Part shown: positions 55,059 through 64,000 of the stretch, piece after piece
How positions within the stretch are numbered: the first letter of the stretch is position 1
Layout of the letters: each line of letters starts with the position of its first letter
Source: Phycisphaerae bacterium
GTDB lineage: Bacteria > Planctomycetota > Phycisphaerae > Sedimentisphaerales > UBA12454
DNA: 64,000 nt
Assembly: GCA_041478555.1 (NCBI GenBank)
Contig: JBGOWI010000003.1
Coordinates: forward strand, 8,408-72,407
Direction of reading: 5' to 3'
The notes under the pieces: model-generated
The model's input: only the letters and a program-made list of their open reading frames with translations
What the model was told of the DNA's origin: nothing
Databases searched by the model: none
Made by a program: the position numbers and the translations under genes

Positions 55059-56170
55059 TGAAGGTTAGAGACGTTATAACTCAGATTGAAAGGATTGCTC
55101 CTCCGGCTCTTGCCCAGCAGTGGGATAACACGGGTTTGCTTGTCGGAGATAGTGGTTCAGCAGTGAAAAAAATCCTGCTGACAATTGATATAACGCACGA
55201 GGTGGTAAAAGAGGTTAAGCAGACCGGCTGTAATTTTATATTAAGTTATCATCCGGTTATCTGGGACGGCCTAAAGAAAATCACCCCCGAAGACTCTGGT
55301 TCAGTTGTTTATGAGCTTATCCGTTCGGGAATTTCTGTTTATTCGATGCATACTGCACTCGACGCAGTATCAGGCGGAATAAACGACGGGCTTGCAGAAA
55401 TTGTCGGGATAAAGAATCCTGAGCCGATAGGCGATTTTGTAGAGAGTCCACAAAATCAGAATTACAAACTCGTTGTTTTTGTTCCTGCCGATTCACTTGA
55501 AAAAGTTGCCGAGGCAGTTTTCAGAGCCGGTGCCGGCTGGATAGGCAATTACAGCCATTGCAGTTTCCGTACAGCCGGAGAGGGAACTTTCTTGCCGCTT
55601 GAAGGAGCTAAACCTGCAATCGGCAAAAAGGGCAGGCTTGAAAAAGTCGATGAAATCAGATTTGAGTCGATAGTACGTGGTGAAAAAGTTGCAGACGTTG
55701 TAAGAGCGATGAGAAGTGCACATCCGTATGAGATGCCTGCCTTTGATATTATAAAATTGTATGATTTCGAGGACAAAATCGGTCTTGGCAGGATAGGTTT
55801 CCTCGAAAGAAAAGTGCAGTTAAGTACAATACTTAAGAAGATAAAATCTGCTACCGGCGCCAGAGTTGCAGGAATTGTTGGAAACAGAAATCGGAAGGTG
55901 GAAAAGGCTGCTGTTTGTGCCGGCTCATGCGGCAAACTTATATTAAATGTTATTTCTGAAAAGTGCGATCTCTACGTAACAGGTGAGATAAAACATCATC
56001 AGGCCCTTGCTGCTCAGGAGGCGAACGTTACAGTTGTATGTCTGAGTCATACAGTTTCAGAAAGATTTATACTTAAAAAAATTGCAAAAGAGTTAGAAAA
56101 AAGCTTAAAAGATGTTAAAATCATCATCAGCAAAAAAGACAAAGACCCCTTTGAATGGACGAAGGTATGA
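55058..56170 (+). CDS. Nif3-like dinuclear metal centre protein (GTP cyclohydrolase 1 type 2 homologue)
   Basis: WDNTGLLVG, ILSYHPVIW, YSMHTALD and C-terminal YVTGEIKHH...LSHTVSE, with the inserted PII-like domain typical of the roughly 370-aa form. Confidence 0.85.
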   Translation: MKVRDVITQIERIAPPALAQQWDNTGLLVGDSGSAVKKILLTIDITHEVVKEVKQTGCNFILSYHPVIWDGLKKITPEDSGSVVYELIRSGISVYSMHTALDAVSGGINDGLAEIVGIKNPEPIGDFVESPQNQNYKLVVFVPADSLEKVAEAVFRAGAGWIGNYSHCSFRTAGEGTFLPLEGAKPAIGKKGRLEKVDEIRFESIVRGEKVADVVRAMRSAHPYEMPAFDIIKLYDFEDKIGLGRIGFLERKVQLSTILKKIKSATGARVAGIVGNRNRKVEKAAVCAGSCGKLILNVISEKCDLYVTGEIKHHQALAAQEANVTVVCLSHTVSERFILKKIAKELEKSLKDVKIIISKKDKDPFEWTKV

Positions 56171-56802
56171 GCGAAGAATTTCAGCGTGAAACGGATTTGA
56201 CGAATGTTCATGACGAGCAGCAGCCGGAGCAGGGCATTGAAGAGGCTGCCGTTGTCGAAGAGACCGGCACACAGCAGATAACTGCCGAGTCTGTGATTGA
56301 AGCGATACTTTTTGCTTCTGACGAGCCGTTGTCTGCTGAACGGCTCATCGGCATTGCCGAACTTGCTGGCGGTGTAAAGCAGATTCAAAAATGTGTTGAG
56401 ACGCTTAATGAGCAGTACCGCCAAAGCAGCCGGGCGTTCAGAATAGAGGAGATTGCCGGCGGCTATCAGATGATGACGCTGCCCGAATATAATAGCTGGC
56501 TCAAAAAACTTTTGCGCGAGCGTAGCGACCACAAATTAAGTCCTGCCGCATTAGAGACCATTGCCATCATTGCCTACAAACAGCCTGTAATAAGGGCTGA
56601 TGTTGAGGTGATTCGAGGCGTTGCCTGCGGCGAGCTGATTCGCTCGCTGATGTATAAAGGCCTTGTCAAGATTGTCGGCAAAGCCGAAATCCTCGGCAGA
56701 CCGCTTCTTTACGGCACAACAAGAAAATTTCTCGAAGTATTCGGGTTAAATGACCTAAAAGACCTTCCAAAGGCAGAGGAGCTTAAACAGCCGGAACAAT
56801 AA
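56167..56802 (+). CDS. scpB: Segregation and condensation protein B
   Basis: IEAILFASDEPLS, GGYQMMT and LSPAALETIAIIAYKQPVIRADVEVIRGV. An ATGA overlap joins it to the upstream gene (the ORF-track start at 56155 is also possible). Confidence 0.88.
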   Translation: MSEEFQRETDLTNVHDEQQPEQGIEEAAVVEETGTQQITAESVIEAILFASDEPLSAERLIGIAELAGGVKQIQKCVETLNEQYRQSSRAFRIEEIAGGYQMMTLPEYNSWLKKLLRERSDHKLSPAALETIAIIAYKQPVIRADVEVIRGVACGELIRSLMYKGLVKIVGKAEILGRPLLYGTTRKFLEVFGLNDLKDLPKAEELKQPEQ

Positions 56803-56859
56803 ATATGCATTGATTTTTAGGGCGTTTTCTGCTATAATTTTTCACGTGGAAGCGAGGTA

Positions 56860-57168
56860 GTGAAGAAGGTGTCTGTATATAGGCATGGTCTGATAACATT
56901 GCTGTTGTTAGCGGTTTTTTGCGGCAGCGTTTACGGATTGGCCGGTTCGACCGGAACAGGCGGCTCCAATGCCCGCGTGGTTCACGAACTTGGCATAACC
57001 GGCAGTGGGGTAAATATCGGGGTTGTTGAGATCCTTGGATTGACGACTTTTTCAAGAATAGGTTTGATATTCTATTGGAATATAAGGCTCAGCAGCATAG
57101 CTGAGCAAGGACACGCAATGTTATATGGGAAATCCCGGCTGATACAATACTTTTTTTACAGATCATAA
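56860..57168 (+). pseudogene. Probable remnant of a subtilisin-like (S8) peptidase: signal peptide plus the first conserved block only
   Basis: ARVVHELGITGSGVNIGVVE resembles the S8 Asp-box region (G.GV.VAVIDTG), but the sequence then turns to nonsense in all frames. Confidence 0.35.
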
Positions 57169-57183
57169 AAAGGAGGGTGTGGT

Positions 57184-58262
57184 TTGATGAAGCCTGGGCA
57201 TGGCTATAACGCTTGGCACTGCATATGCTTATGTGTATTGGTGCTGCTGACACCGACTACGGGTCTAAGCATTATTCTGCACGAGGGCGGAGAGCCAAAC
57301 TTACTGACCTGGGCAGATAAGCCGGCAAATGCCGTCGTGGGAAGATGGAGTGTTAACGCCTCATTTGTGGTCGTTTCCCCTAAATGGATTCTTACCACTC
57401 GCCACCAGGGTACCAGCCCGGCAACAGTAGATGTTAATGGTGTTACCTACAATTGTATCTATAACACCACTTACTGGATCGGCGGCCCAGCCGGCGATGT
57501 CGACATTCGTCTCATCCGTCTCAAAATACCGATGGCTCAGACCCTAATCTTGCCTATGCGGCCCCATACACAACTACCGACGAGATAAATAATCCAATTG
57601 TTATTGGCGGTTACGGACGAGGACGAGAAACAACTCTCTATGGCGGCTTTCCACTCTGGGTCTATGGGTATACCTGGGGTACAGGAGGTAATTACAACAA
57701 TAATACGCAGCGATGGTGTACGAATATTATAGATGGAAATGATGTAGTCACCGGCACATGGACATCTGAAGTAATTACTGCTCATTTTAATGATCCTGGC
57801 GATACTCTATACGAAGGAATTCCTGCCGAGTATGATTCCGGCGGCGGATGGTTCATAAAAGTCGGGACCGTCTGGGAGACAGCCGGTCTTACGCGCGGAG
57901 CAGAAGGACATGGTGCCCCCTGGCCGGCTGAGGGAGAAAGCTGGTATCGCAACCCGTCAGACCCTAAACAATATGCACATCCTGACTATATGGATGCCGT
58001 GCGCATAAGTTCATACGCCGTATGGATTCAAACAATAACCACTGCTGACTGCAATGGGCCGGGGCCGGTGCAGGGAGACCTCAACAGCGATTGCAAGGTT
58101 GATATGCTCGACCTTGTCGAGATTGCCAATCAGTGGTTACGGACGGATTGTGGGAGTGAAAATAATTTCTGCAACGGCGCAGACTTTGAACTTGACGGCG
58201 ATGTGGACATGATTGATTTTGCTTTTTTTGCCCAGAATTGGCTTGTAGATAAATCACTGTAA
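57184..58262 (+). pseudogene. Trypsin-like (S1) serine peptidase with a C-terminal dockerin-like module, interrupted by a -1 frame disruption near the A4 run at 57523-57526
   Basis: His block WILTTRHQG and Asp block DVDIRLIRLK lie in the 57184 frame. The Ser block EYDSGGGWF and the dockerin-like GDLNSDCKVDMLD / LDGDVDMIDFAFFAQNWL lie in the next frame, which is open from 57465 to 58262. Confidence 0.6.
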
Positions 58263-58817
58263 CAGGTAGCATAATTTTAATCATCGAGTGTCCGCCATCT
58301 GTTCAGCACTTCAGACCTTTATCAGATTATATCTAACTGGCTCGAGGTTAATGCAGATATCAATATTGTCGCTGACGAAATGGTGAATTGGCTGGATTTT
58401 GCTGAGTTTGCCGACAACTGGCTTAAAATTGAACCGAAATATTACAACCCATAGAGGAGAGATTAAACAATTTTAAGCAGGCAAAGAGGATGCTTTGGGT
58501 CGGGAAATGCCCGCCTAAACTGCTAAAGAGGCTTAAATTATCTGAAAAAAAGTAAATATAAAAAATATTTTGTTGCTATAGAAAGTCAGTGATAGTATTA
58601 TCGTACTGATGAATATGCGCGTAATAGGCTGATGAAATGGCTGAGGTGTGGATCTTATTGCTATCTGTTCATGAGGCGACCTGCCGTTAAAGTCATCTCT
58701 TATTTTGCAGCGTTATTTAACAAAATTGGCGTATAGTGTTCTGAATCTTTAAGGATTCAGAAGTGTTGGCCGAGTTTTCGGCAAAAGTTTTTAATTTTTA
58801 TTTTGAGGGTTTTTGAG

Positions 58818-59159
58818 ATGAACATTTATGTAGGTAATTTGGCAAGAGAGGTGACGGAAGAGCAGTTGCGGCAGGCCTTTGAGGCATACGGCCAGATTGG
58901 GGCTGTAAGCATTATAAAGGATAAGTTCAGCGGCGAATCGAGAGGTTTCGGTTTTGTCGAGATGCCGTCGAAGGATGAGGCACAGGCGGCCCTTGACGGG
59001 TTGAATGGCAAAGACCTGAGCGGCAGGGAAATGAAGGTCAATGAAGCTCACGAACGCGGCAGCAGAGGCGGTGGCGGTGGCAGCAGCAGAGGCCCCCGAA
59101 GGGGCGGTTTTGGCGGCGGCGGCGGCAGAGGTCCTCGCAGCGGCGGCAGCCGTTACTAA
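58818..59159 (+). CDS. RRM-type RNA-binding protein with a Gly/Arg-rich tail
   Basis: MNIYVGNL (RNP2) and RGFGFVEM (RNP1), with C-terminal RGGGGGSSRGPRRGGFGGGGG. Confidence 0.9.
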   Translation: MNIYVGNLAREVTEEQLRQAFEAYGQIGAVSIIKDKFSGESRGFGFVEMPSKDEAQAALDGLNGKDLSGREMKVNEAHERGSRGGGGGSSRGPRRGGFGGGGGRGPRSGGSRY

Positions 59160-59177
59160 CAAGTAGAAAATCAATCT

Positions 59178-59211
59178 ATTCGCCCGGGTCTGAAACAAAA
59201 CCCGGGCGAAT
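59178..59211. terminator. 11-bp GC hairpin between convergent genes
   Basis: Stem attcgcccggg / cccgggcgaat with a 12-nt loop, between the RRM gene (+) and the 59333 gene (-). Confidence 0.55.
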
Positions 59212-59332
59212 ATTTCTTTCATACCATGTTAGGTTTATAATATCATAACAAGGCAGTGTTGTACTATGCTCGTTATGAGTGAAGGGGGCTTATAGTCTGT
59301 GGGGCAGGCAAATTCTCAATATTTCCCTATCG

Positions 59333-60370
59333 TCACGATTTTCTCAAAAAGCGAAGAATTTCGATAACAAGCATAAAAAGCCAGCCGATTTGCAGGACGA
59401 AGAACGCGATGATTTGCACCCACTCTGCGCGGTGTTTCGCCGAGACGGTGAAGTTTTCAACAACTAACGAATATGTATCTTCCAACGATTCGAGTTTGCT
59501 GCGGATGGTTCTTCTCCACTCGTCGATTTTGAATTTTGCCGCAGCCAGTTCATAAAACCTCGCCGAGTACCAGTCGCCGATGAGTTTTATATCGCGTTCC
59601 AGCCGCTGCAGTTCCGAAATGGAGACCATTCGTATTTCCATGGTCTCTTTCATTTTTTGGGTCAGCTCTTTGCCTCGCAGGTGTCTTGTGCCGACCGGAA
59701 TGTTGTGTACCAGCTCTGCCATTCTCGATAGTCTGCCGTCAAGCTGATGGTCGAGAATTCTGCATCTCAGAAGCTGCAGATTCGCAAGCGTCAGCAGTTC
59801 CAAATCTTCTTCGATATCGCCGTTTGGGTCAAAAAGAAACGCACCGTCCCAGTCTATCATCGACATATCATTATTGCCGTATTTTATCCTGCTGCCTAAT
59901 GTGTACTGCACCTCCTGCGGGTCGAGGTCCAGCATTTCTGATTTCAGAAGCGAGACAATGACGTCTCGATGTTTGAGAAACTGTTCCGGGTCTCCCTGAT
60001 AATTGGTAACGGCAAAGACCGAGTACTCTTCGCTGAACAGCAAATCTCCGCCGTATTCTTTGAGGATACGATATGAATGCTCATAAGATTGCTTTTCGAG
60101 TGAAAAGATACCCTCCTTATGAAATATGTTTTCTACATCTATTGTTGTTTGAATAAGGAGCACGTCGGGCTGGTACCCTCGCAGGTGAAATGTTACGTTT
60201 TGGCCGCCGATTGTGAAATTTTCCTGTCCGACGGTTACCTGTCTTGGCACAGCGGCTTTGTAATACACCGGCGAACTCTTGATGACAGTGGGATTAAACA
60301 CTTCGCCGGTCAGTTGTCGCGAAACTTTTCCTAATACGAGCGTAATAAGTTGTTGCTTAATTTCAGCCAT
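59333..60370 (-). CDS. Hypothetical protein with a C-terminal TM helix (layout possibly RMD1/DUF155-like)
   Basis: 345 aa with a soluble N-terminal region and a terminal hydrophobic helix WVQIIAFFVLQIGWLFMLVIEIL. The family assignment is only a guess. Confidence 0.5.
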   Translation of the reverse strand: MAEIKQQLITLVLGKVSRQLTGEVFNPTVIKSSPVYYKAAVPRQVTVGQENFTIGGQNVTFHLRGYQPDVLLIQTTIDVENIFHKEGIFSLEKQSYEHSYRILKEYGGDLLFSEEYSVFAVTNYQGDPEQFLKHRDVIVSLLKSEMLDLDPQEVQYTLGSRIKYGNNDMSMIDWDGAFLFDPNGDIEEDLELLTLANLQLLRCRILDHQLDGRLSRMAELVHNIPVGTRHLRGKELTQKMKETMEIRMVSISELQRLERDIKLIGDWYSARFYELAAAKFKIDEWRRTIRSKLESLEDTYSLVVENFTVSAKHRAEWVQIIAFFVLQIGWLFMLVIEILRFLRKS

Positions 60371-60484
60371 AGCCGGAATTGTAACTGTTTTTTTTGTTTT
60401 AGGCCAGAGGATTTATCTTCGCCGTTTATGGCAAGATTTGTCAGACGCTTGGAATGCAAAACATCAATTATCCGGGATAATCAG

Positions 60485-61060
60485 CTAACGCAGCAGCATT
60501 TCTTTGACAATGAACGGCACAACAAGCAGGAGATTATGAACTTCGGCAACTATGCTGGGAATGAGGTATCTATTAATGTTTGTCTCCTTTATGCTCAAAC
60601 TCCTTAACTTAGGAAGCCATCTGGGAACCTGGTGGGCATAATTCAGATAGGCACTTCCATACTTTTGGTATAGGCGGTTTTCTTCGAATCGTACGACGAA
60701 AGTATAGACTATCGCACAATAAAGTATCTGAACAGGGACAAACCAGAACAACTCGGCAAGCATACAAGTCGCAACAAGCATAATTGTATTTGCGATGTAG
60801 AGCGGGTTTCGAACATAAGCGTATGGGCCGGTCGTTGTTAGTATTTTCTTCATTTTGAGACGATGATGAATGTGCGTTTGTGCCCAGATTCTCAGTGCCA
60901 ATCCTAACGCAAAAGTTGCCCCACCCAATCCAAAACTAAGCCAATTTTCTTCAATTTCGTCCCAGGTGCATAAAACGATAAAGACAATTGGCGGTATCAT
61001 TAGAAATCCGCGGAACTTAAAAATATTTTTCATTGTGATTTTATTTTGTGTCTTTTTCAT
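60485..61060 (-). CDS. Isoprenylcysteine carboxyl methyltransferase (ICMT)/phospholipid methyltransferase-family membrane protein
   Basis: LTTTGPYAYVRNPLYIANTIML...EENRLYQKYGSAYLNYAHQVPRWLP. The ATG at 61060 is preferred over the TTG at 61075. Confidence 0.8.
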   Translation of the reverse strand: MKKTQNKITMKNIFKFRGFLMIPPIVFIVLCTWDEIEENWLSFGLGGATFALGLALRIWAQTHIHHRLKMKKILTTTGPYAYVRNPLYIANTIMLVATCMLAELFWFVPVQILYCAIVYTFVVRFEENRLYQKYGSAYLNYAHQVPRWLPKLRSLSIKETNINRYLIPSIVAEVHNLLLVVPFIVKEMLLR

Positions 61061-61076
61061 ATCAAAGTATTCCAAA

Positions 61077-61149
61077 CTCCCCGAGTAGGGCTCGAACCTA
61101 CGACCTAGCGGTTAACAGCCGCTCGCTCTACCAATTGAGCTATCGGGGA
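61077..61149 (-). tRNA. tRNA-Asn (anticodon GUU)
   Basis: The reverse complement TCCCCGATAGCTCAATTGGTAGAGCGAGCGGCTGTTAACCGCTAGGTCGTAGGTTCGAGCCCTACTCGGGGAG has anticodon loop CTGTTAA. Confidence 0.9.
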
Positions 61150-61362
61150 ATAGCTTTAGAAACAGAGAAATTCTCCAGATTTTTACCGTTTTGTCAAGTG
61201 CAACTATACTTTTTTACAGCGGCAAAAAAGAGGGCTGATACTGGACAAACCGTTAAATTTAAGGTATTATGTTACGTTTTCCAGCCTGAATTAGGTCTTT
61301 AATGTATTTCAGCAGTTGTGAAGTTTGTTTAAAAATATGTTTAAATTGCTATAATATCAGCC

Positions 61363-62205
61363 ATGGCAGTTGACAGGCTCGAACTGGACGGTTTTACAAT
61401 AATTAAGAAGCTCGGCACAGGTGCCCGAAGCACGATTTTTCTTGCGCTCGATGAGGAAAACGGCAGTACAGTCGCTCTTAAACGCTCTATCTATGAAAAG
61501 CCGGAAGATGGCCGAATATTCGAGCAGATAACAAATGAATACAAAGTTTCGAGGATAGTCCAGCACCCATATTTACGCAAATGCAATAAGCTGATTAAAA
61601 TTCGTAAGATGCTCAAGGTCAAGGAGTTATTGCTTTCGATGGAGATGTTTGAAGGCGAAACTCTTGAAAAATTCAAAAGCCTTAGTCTTGGCGATGTGCT
61701 GCTGGTGTTTCGTATGATTGCCGACGGCCTTAATGCTATGCATCAGCAGGGTTATATCCATTGCGATATCAAGCCGAACAACATTCTTATAAACGAATCC
61801 GGTGCTATCAGGATAATCGACCTCGGTCAAGGCTGCAAAATCGGCACCATAAAGCCGAGGATTCAGGGTACGCCTGATTACATTGCGCCGGAGCAGGTTA
61901 AAAGGAAGCATCTCGACCAGCGAACGGATGTCTTTAATCTCGGAGCGACTATGTACTGGGCTCTTACCGGCAAAAATGTTCTGACGCTGATACCGCAGTC
62001 AAACGATATTTCAGCGACACTCGGTCAGCGTAATTTTCCCGCACCGCACCAGCTTCATCGCAGAATTCCGCTCGGCGTCTCAAAGCTCGTAACCGACTGT
62101 GTCAAAGAAGAGCCGGAAAAACGCCCCAGTTCAATGGCCGAGGTGATTTCAAGGCTTGACCTTCTGATTCACAGTATTTTCGCCAAAAAACTCCGGAATC
62201 AGTAA
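61363..62205 (+). CDS. Ser/Thr protein kinase (Hanks type, kinase domain only)
   Basis: GTGARSTIFLA...VALK, HCDIKPNNILI, IIDLGQG and GTPDYIAPEQ. Confidence 0.88.
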   Translation: MAVDRLELDGFTIIKKLGTGARSTIFLALDEENGSTVALKRSIYEKPEDGRIFEQITNEYKVSRIVQHPYLRKCNKLIKIRKMLKVKELLLSMEMFEGETLEKFKSLSLGDVLLVFRMIADGLNAMHQQGYIHCDIKPNNILINESGAIRIIDLGQGCKIGTIKPRIQGTPDYIAPEQVKRKHLDQRTDVFNLGATMYWALTGKNVLTLIPQSNDISATLGQRNFPAPHQLHRRIPLGVSKLVTDCVKEEPEKRPSSMAEVISRLDLLIHSIFAKKLRNQ

Positions 62206-63053
62206 TGGCAAAGGACTTTATAGAACTGCTGCAGGCCGGCATCGGGGCTAATCAGAACGACCGGTATCGGCAGCATAATCTGATAGTTGTGCCGGATACG
62301 GGGAATATGGTTATTGCCGGTGATATTCACGGTCATCGGCGCAATTTCGAACGAATCATTTCTTATGCAAATCTTGAAAAAAATCCCGACAGACATCTCG
62401 TTCTGCAGGAAATCATACACGGCGGACCGGAAGATGAGCAGGGAGGGTGTCTTTCGTTCGAACTGCTGGCCGATGCCGCAAAGCTCAAGATAGATTACCC
62501 CGACAGAGTGCATTTCATCCTCGCAAATCATGATACTGCCTTTATAAACAACAGCGAGGTAATGAAAAACGGGAAAGAAATGAACGCAGCGATGCGTGCT
62601 GCGATGCAAAGACGTTTCGGCAGCCGGACAAAAGATGTGGAAAGTGCGATAGAAAGATTTCTTTTTTCGCAGCCTCTGGCGGTCAGATGTCCCAACCGGA
62701 TATGGATTTCGCATTCGCTGCCTTCCGACAGGATGATTGAAAAGTTTGACTTTTCAATTTTTCACAGGAAGCTGAAAATCAGCGACATTGTAAAACCCAA
62801 TTCGGCGTATCTGCTGACCTGGGGCAGAGGACAAAGCAGCAAGACCCTTGAATTTCTTGCACAACAGCTCGATGTCGATTTGTTTGTGCTGGGCCATCAG
62901 ATACAGGAAACCGGATGGATGAGTAATGATGAAAATCTGATTATAATAGACTCGCAGCACAATCACGGCCATCTGCTGCATATCGACCTGAGTTCCCGGT
63001 ACACAATCGAAAAATTAACAGGCTCTCTTATACCGCTTGCAGGTATTTACTGA
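62205..63053 (+). CDS. Metallophosphoesterase (PPP-family Ser/Thr phosphatase-like)
   Basis: AGDIHGH, ILANHD and LGHQ motifs. A TAATG stop/start overlap joins it to the kinase gene. Confidence 0.78.
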   Translation: MAKDFIELLQAGIGANQNDRYRQHNLIVVPDTGNMVIAGDIHGHRRNFERIISYANLEKNPDRHLVLQEIIHGGPEDEQGGCLSFELLADAAKLKIDYPDRVHFILANHDTAFINNSEVMKNGKEMNAAMRAAMQRRFGSRTKDVESAIERFLFSQPLAVRCPNRIWISHSLPSDRMIEKFDFSIFHRKLKISDIVKPNSAYLLTWGRGQSSKTLEFLAQQLDVDLFVLGHQIQETGWMSNDENLIIIDSQHNHGHLLHIDLSSRYTIEKLTGSLIPLAGIY

Positions 63054-63066
63054 AAGTTCGGCAGAT

Positions 63067-64000
63067 ATGACATTTCTGTATGCAATAGCAATAGCTTCCA
63101 TTCTGATACAGGTCTTATTCGTTTTTCAGATTTTTCAACACTACAGATATGTTCTGAAGAAATTTGCCAGAAAACATACTTCTTACCATCCCAAAGTCAC
63201 ATTGATTATGCCGTGCAAGGGAATTGATACAGCTTTTGATGAGAATATCGGTTCGTTTTACCGGCTTGATTATGATAATTATGAATTAATGTTTGTAGTC
63301 GAAAGTTCCGAAGATGCGGCTTATAACCGTCTGCTCAGTCTTAAAGATAAATTCAAAGACCGAACAAAAGCATTTAAGACAAGTGTTCTTGTCGCAGGCA
63401 TAGCAAAAGACGGCAGCCAGAAGCTGCATAATCTGCTTTATGCGTGCAGAAATGCTGAAAAAGATATTGAGGTTTTTGCATTTGCCGATTCCGATGCCTG
63501 CGTCCGCAGCGATTGGCTCAGCCATCTTGTCTATCCGCTGCGAAAGGAGAAAAACGGCGTGGCCAGCGGCTATCGCTGGTATGTGCCGCTGAAAAATAAT
63601 TTCGCAACACTGGCTCTGTCTGCGATGAATGCCAAGGTTGCTCAGCTTCTCGGGCCGACAATATTCAACTGCGCCTGGGGCGGCTCGATGGCGGTGCGTG
63701 TCGATGTCTTCCGAAGACTTGGAATTGATAAAATCTGGCAAAATGCAGCCAGCGACGATTTGACGCTGAGCAGAGAGGTTAAAAAGGCGAAACTTAAAGT
63801 CATCTTTGTGCCTGCATGTCTTGTCGCTTCTTTTGAACAGACCGATTGGCGCAGTCTTTTTGAGTTTGTAAGACGCCAGTTTGTTATTACAAGGGTCACT
63901 GTGCCGGGAACATGGTGGTTCGGATTTTTCAGCAGTGTGTTTTCTGTTTTCGGGTTATGGGGTTTTGCGGGATTGGCAATTTTTTCATACCTTGCCGGCT
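63067..64000 (+). CDS. GT2-family glycosyltransferase (ceramide glucosyltransferase/HpnI-like), 3' end outside window
   Basis: An ORF open to the window end that is absent from the ORF track. N-terminal TM, VTLIMPCKGID, FADSDA and WGGSMAVR blocks typical of GT2/GT21. Confidence 0.72.
   Translation, partial: MTFLYAIAIASILIQVLFVFQIFQHYRYVLKKFARKHTSYHPKVTLIMPCKGIDTAFDENIGSFYRLDYDNYELMFVVESSEDAAYNRLLSLKDKFKDRTKAFKTSVLVAGIAKDGSQKLHNLLYACRNAEKDIEVFAFADSDACVRSDWLSHLVYPLRKEKNGVASGYRWYVPLKNNFATLALSAMNAKVAQLLGPTIFNCAWGGSMAVRVDVFRRLGIDKIWQNAASDDLTLSREVKKAKLKVIFVPACLVASFEQTDWRSLFEFVRRQFVITRVTVPGTWWFGFFSSVFSVFGLWGFAGLAIFSYLAG

Overview
This window reads as ordinary chromosome: mostly housekeeping genes, with no integrase, transposase, prophage or rRNA. 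The organism looks like a PVC-group bacterium, most likely a planctomycete. That is inference only, from an H-X9-DG/DUF1559 prepilin-like protein, two PEP-CTERM anchors and dockerin-like modules. Gene order: mreB (partial)-mreC-mreD-mrdA converges on a truncated dcw cluster (mraZ-orf69-rsmH-LysM-ftsL-like-ftsI). Then come tRNA-Gly, proA-proB, tRNA-Leu, smc, a FlgI-like/HEAT lipoprotein, a frameshifted diiron ferritin-like gene, a PNPOx-family gene, an RNase HII-like gene, a PEP-CTERM beta-propeller, lexA with an odd overlapping upstream ORF, dnaG-rpoD, an FAH-family hydrolase and a coiled-coil membrane protein. Next is a cobalamin riboswitch with terminator driving a three-gene surface-protein operon, followed by comF, murJ and a TPR/HEAT protein. 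A complete type II-C CRISPR-Cas locus follows: an 11-repeat array, cas2, cas1, a 1182-aa cas9 and a predicted tracrRNA. After it lie a repeat-rich 780-bp non-coding region, a 57-aa ferredoxin missed by the ORF track, tRNA-Glu, an M16 peptidase pair, murA, a CPBP protease, dapB, a GH67 alpha-glucuronidase, rpmE, prfA, pabB-pabC-like genes, a Nif3-like gene, scpB, a decayed protease locus, an RRM protein, an ICMT-family methyltransferase, tRNA-Asn, a Ser/Thr kinase/phosphatase pair and a partial GT2 glycosyltransferase. The two leads I rate highest are these. (1) The B12 riboswitch controls a PEP-CTERM DUF4465-like protein, a dockerin-like secreted protein and a DUF1559 pseudopilin, which could be an undescribed cobalamin-responsive surface system. 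(2) Every repeat of the type II-C array carries a full sigma70-like promoter, and a well-defined tracrRNA is transcribed divergently from cas9. Secondary observations are a dispersed family of intergenic hairpins flanked by microsatellites, and two to three homopolymer-associated frame disruptions. All homology calls come from reading motifs by eye. No database search or folding computation was run.
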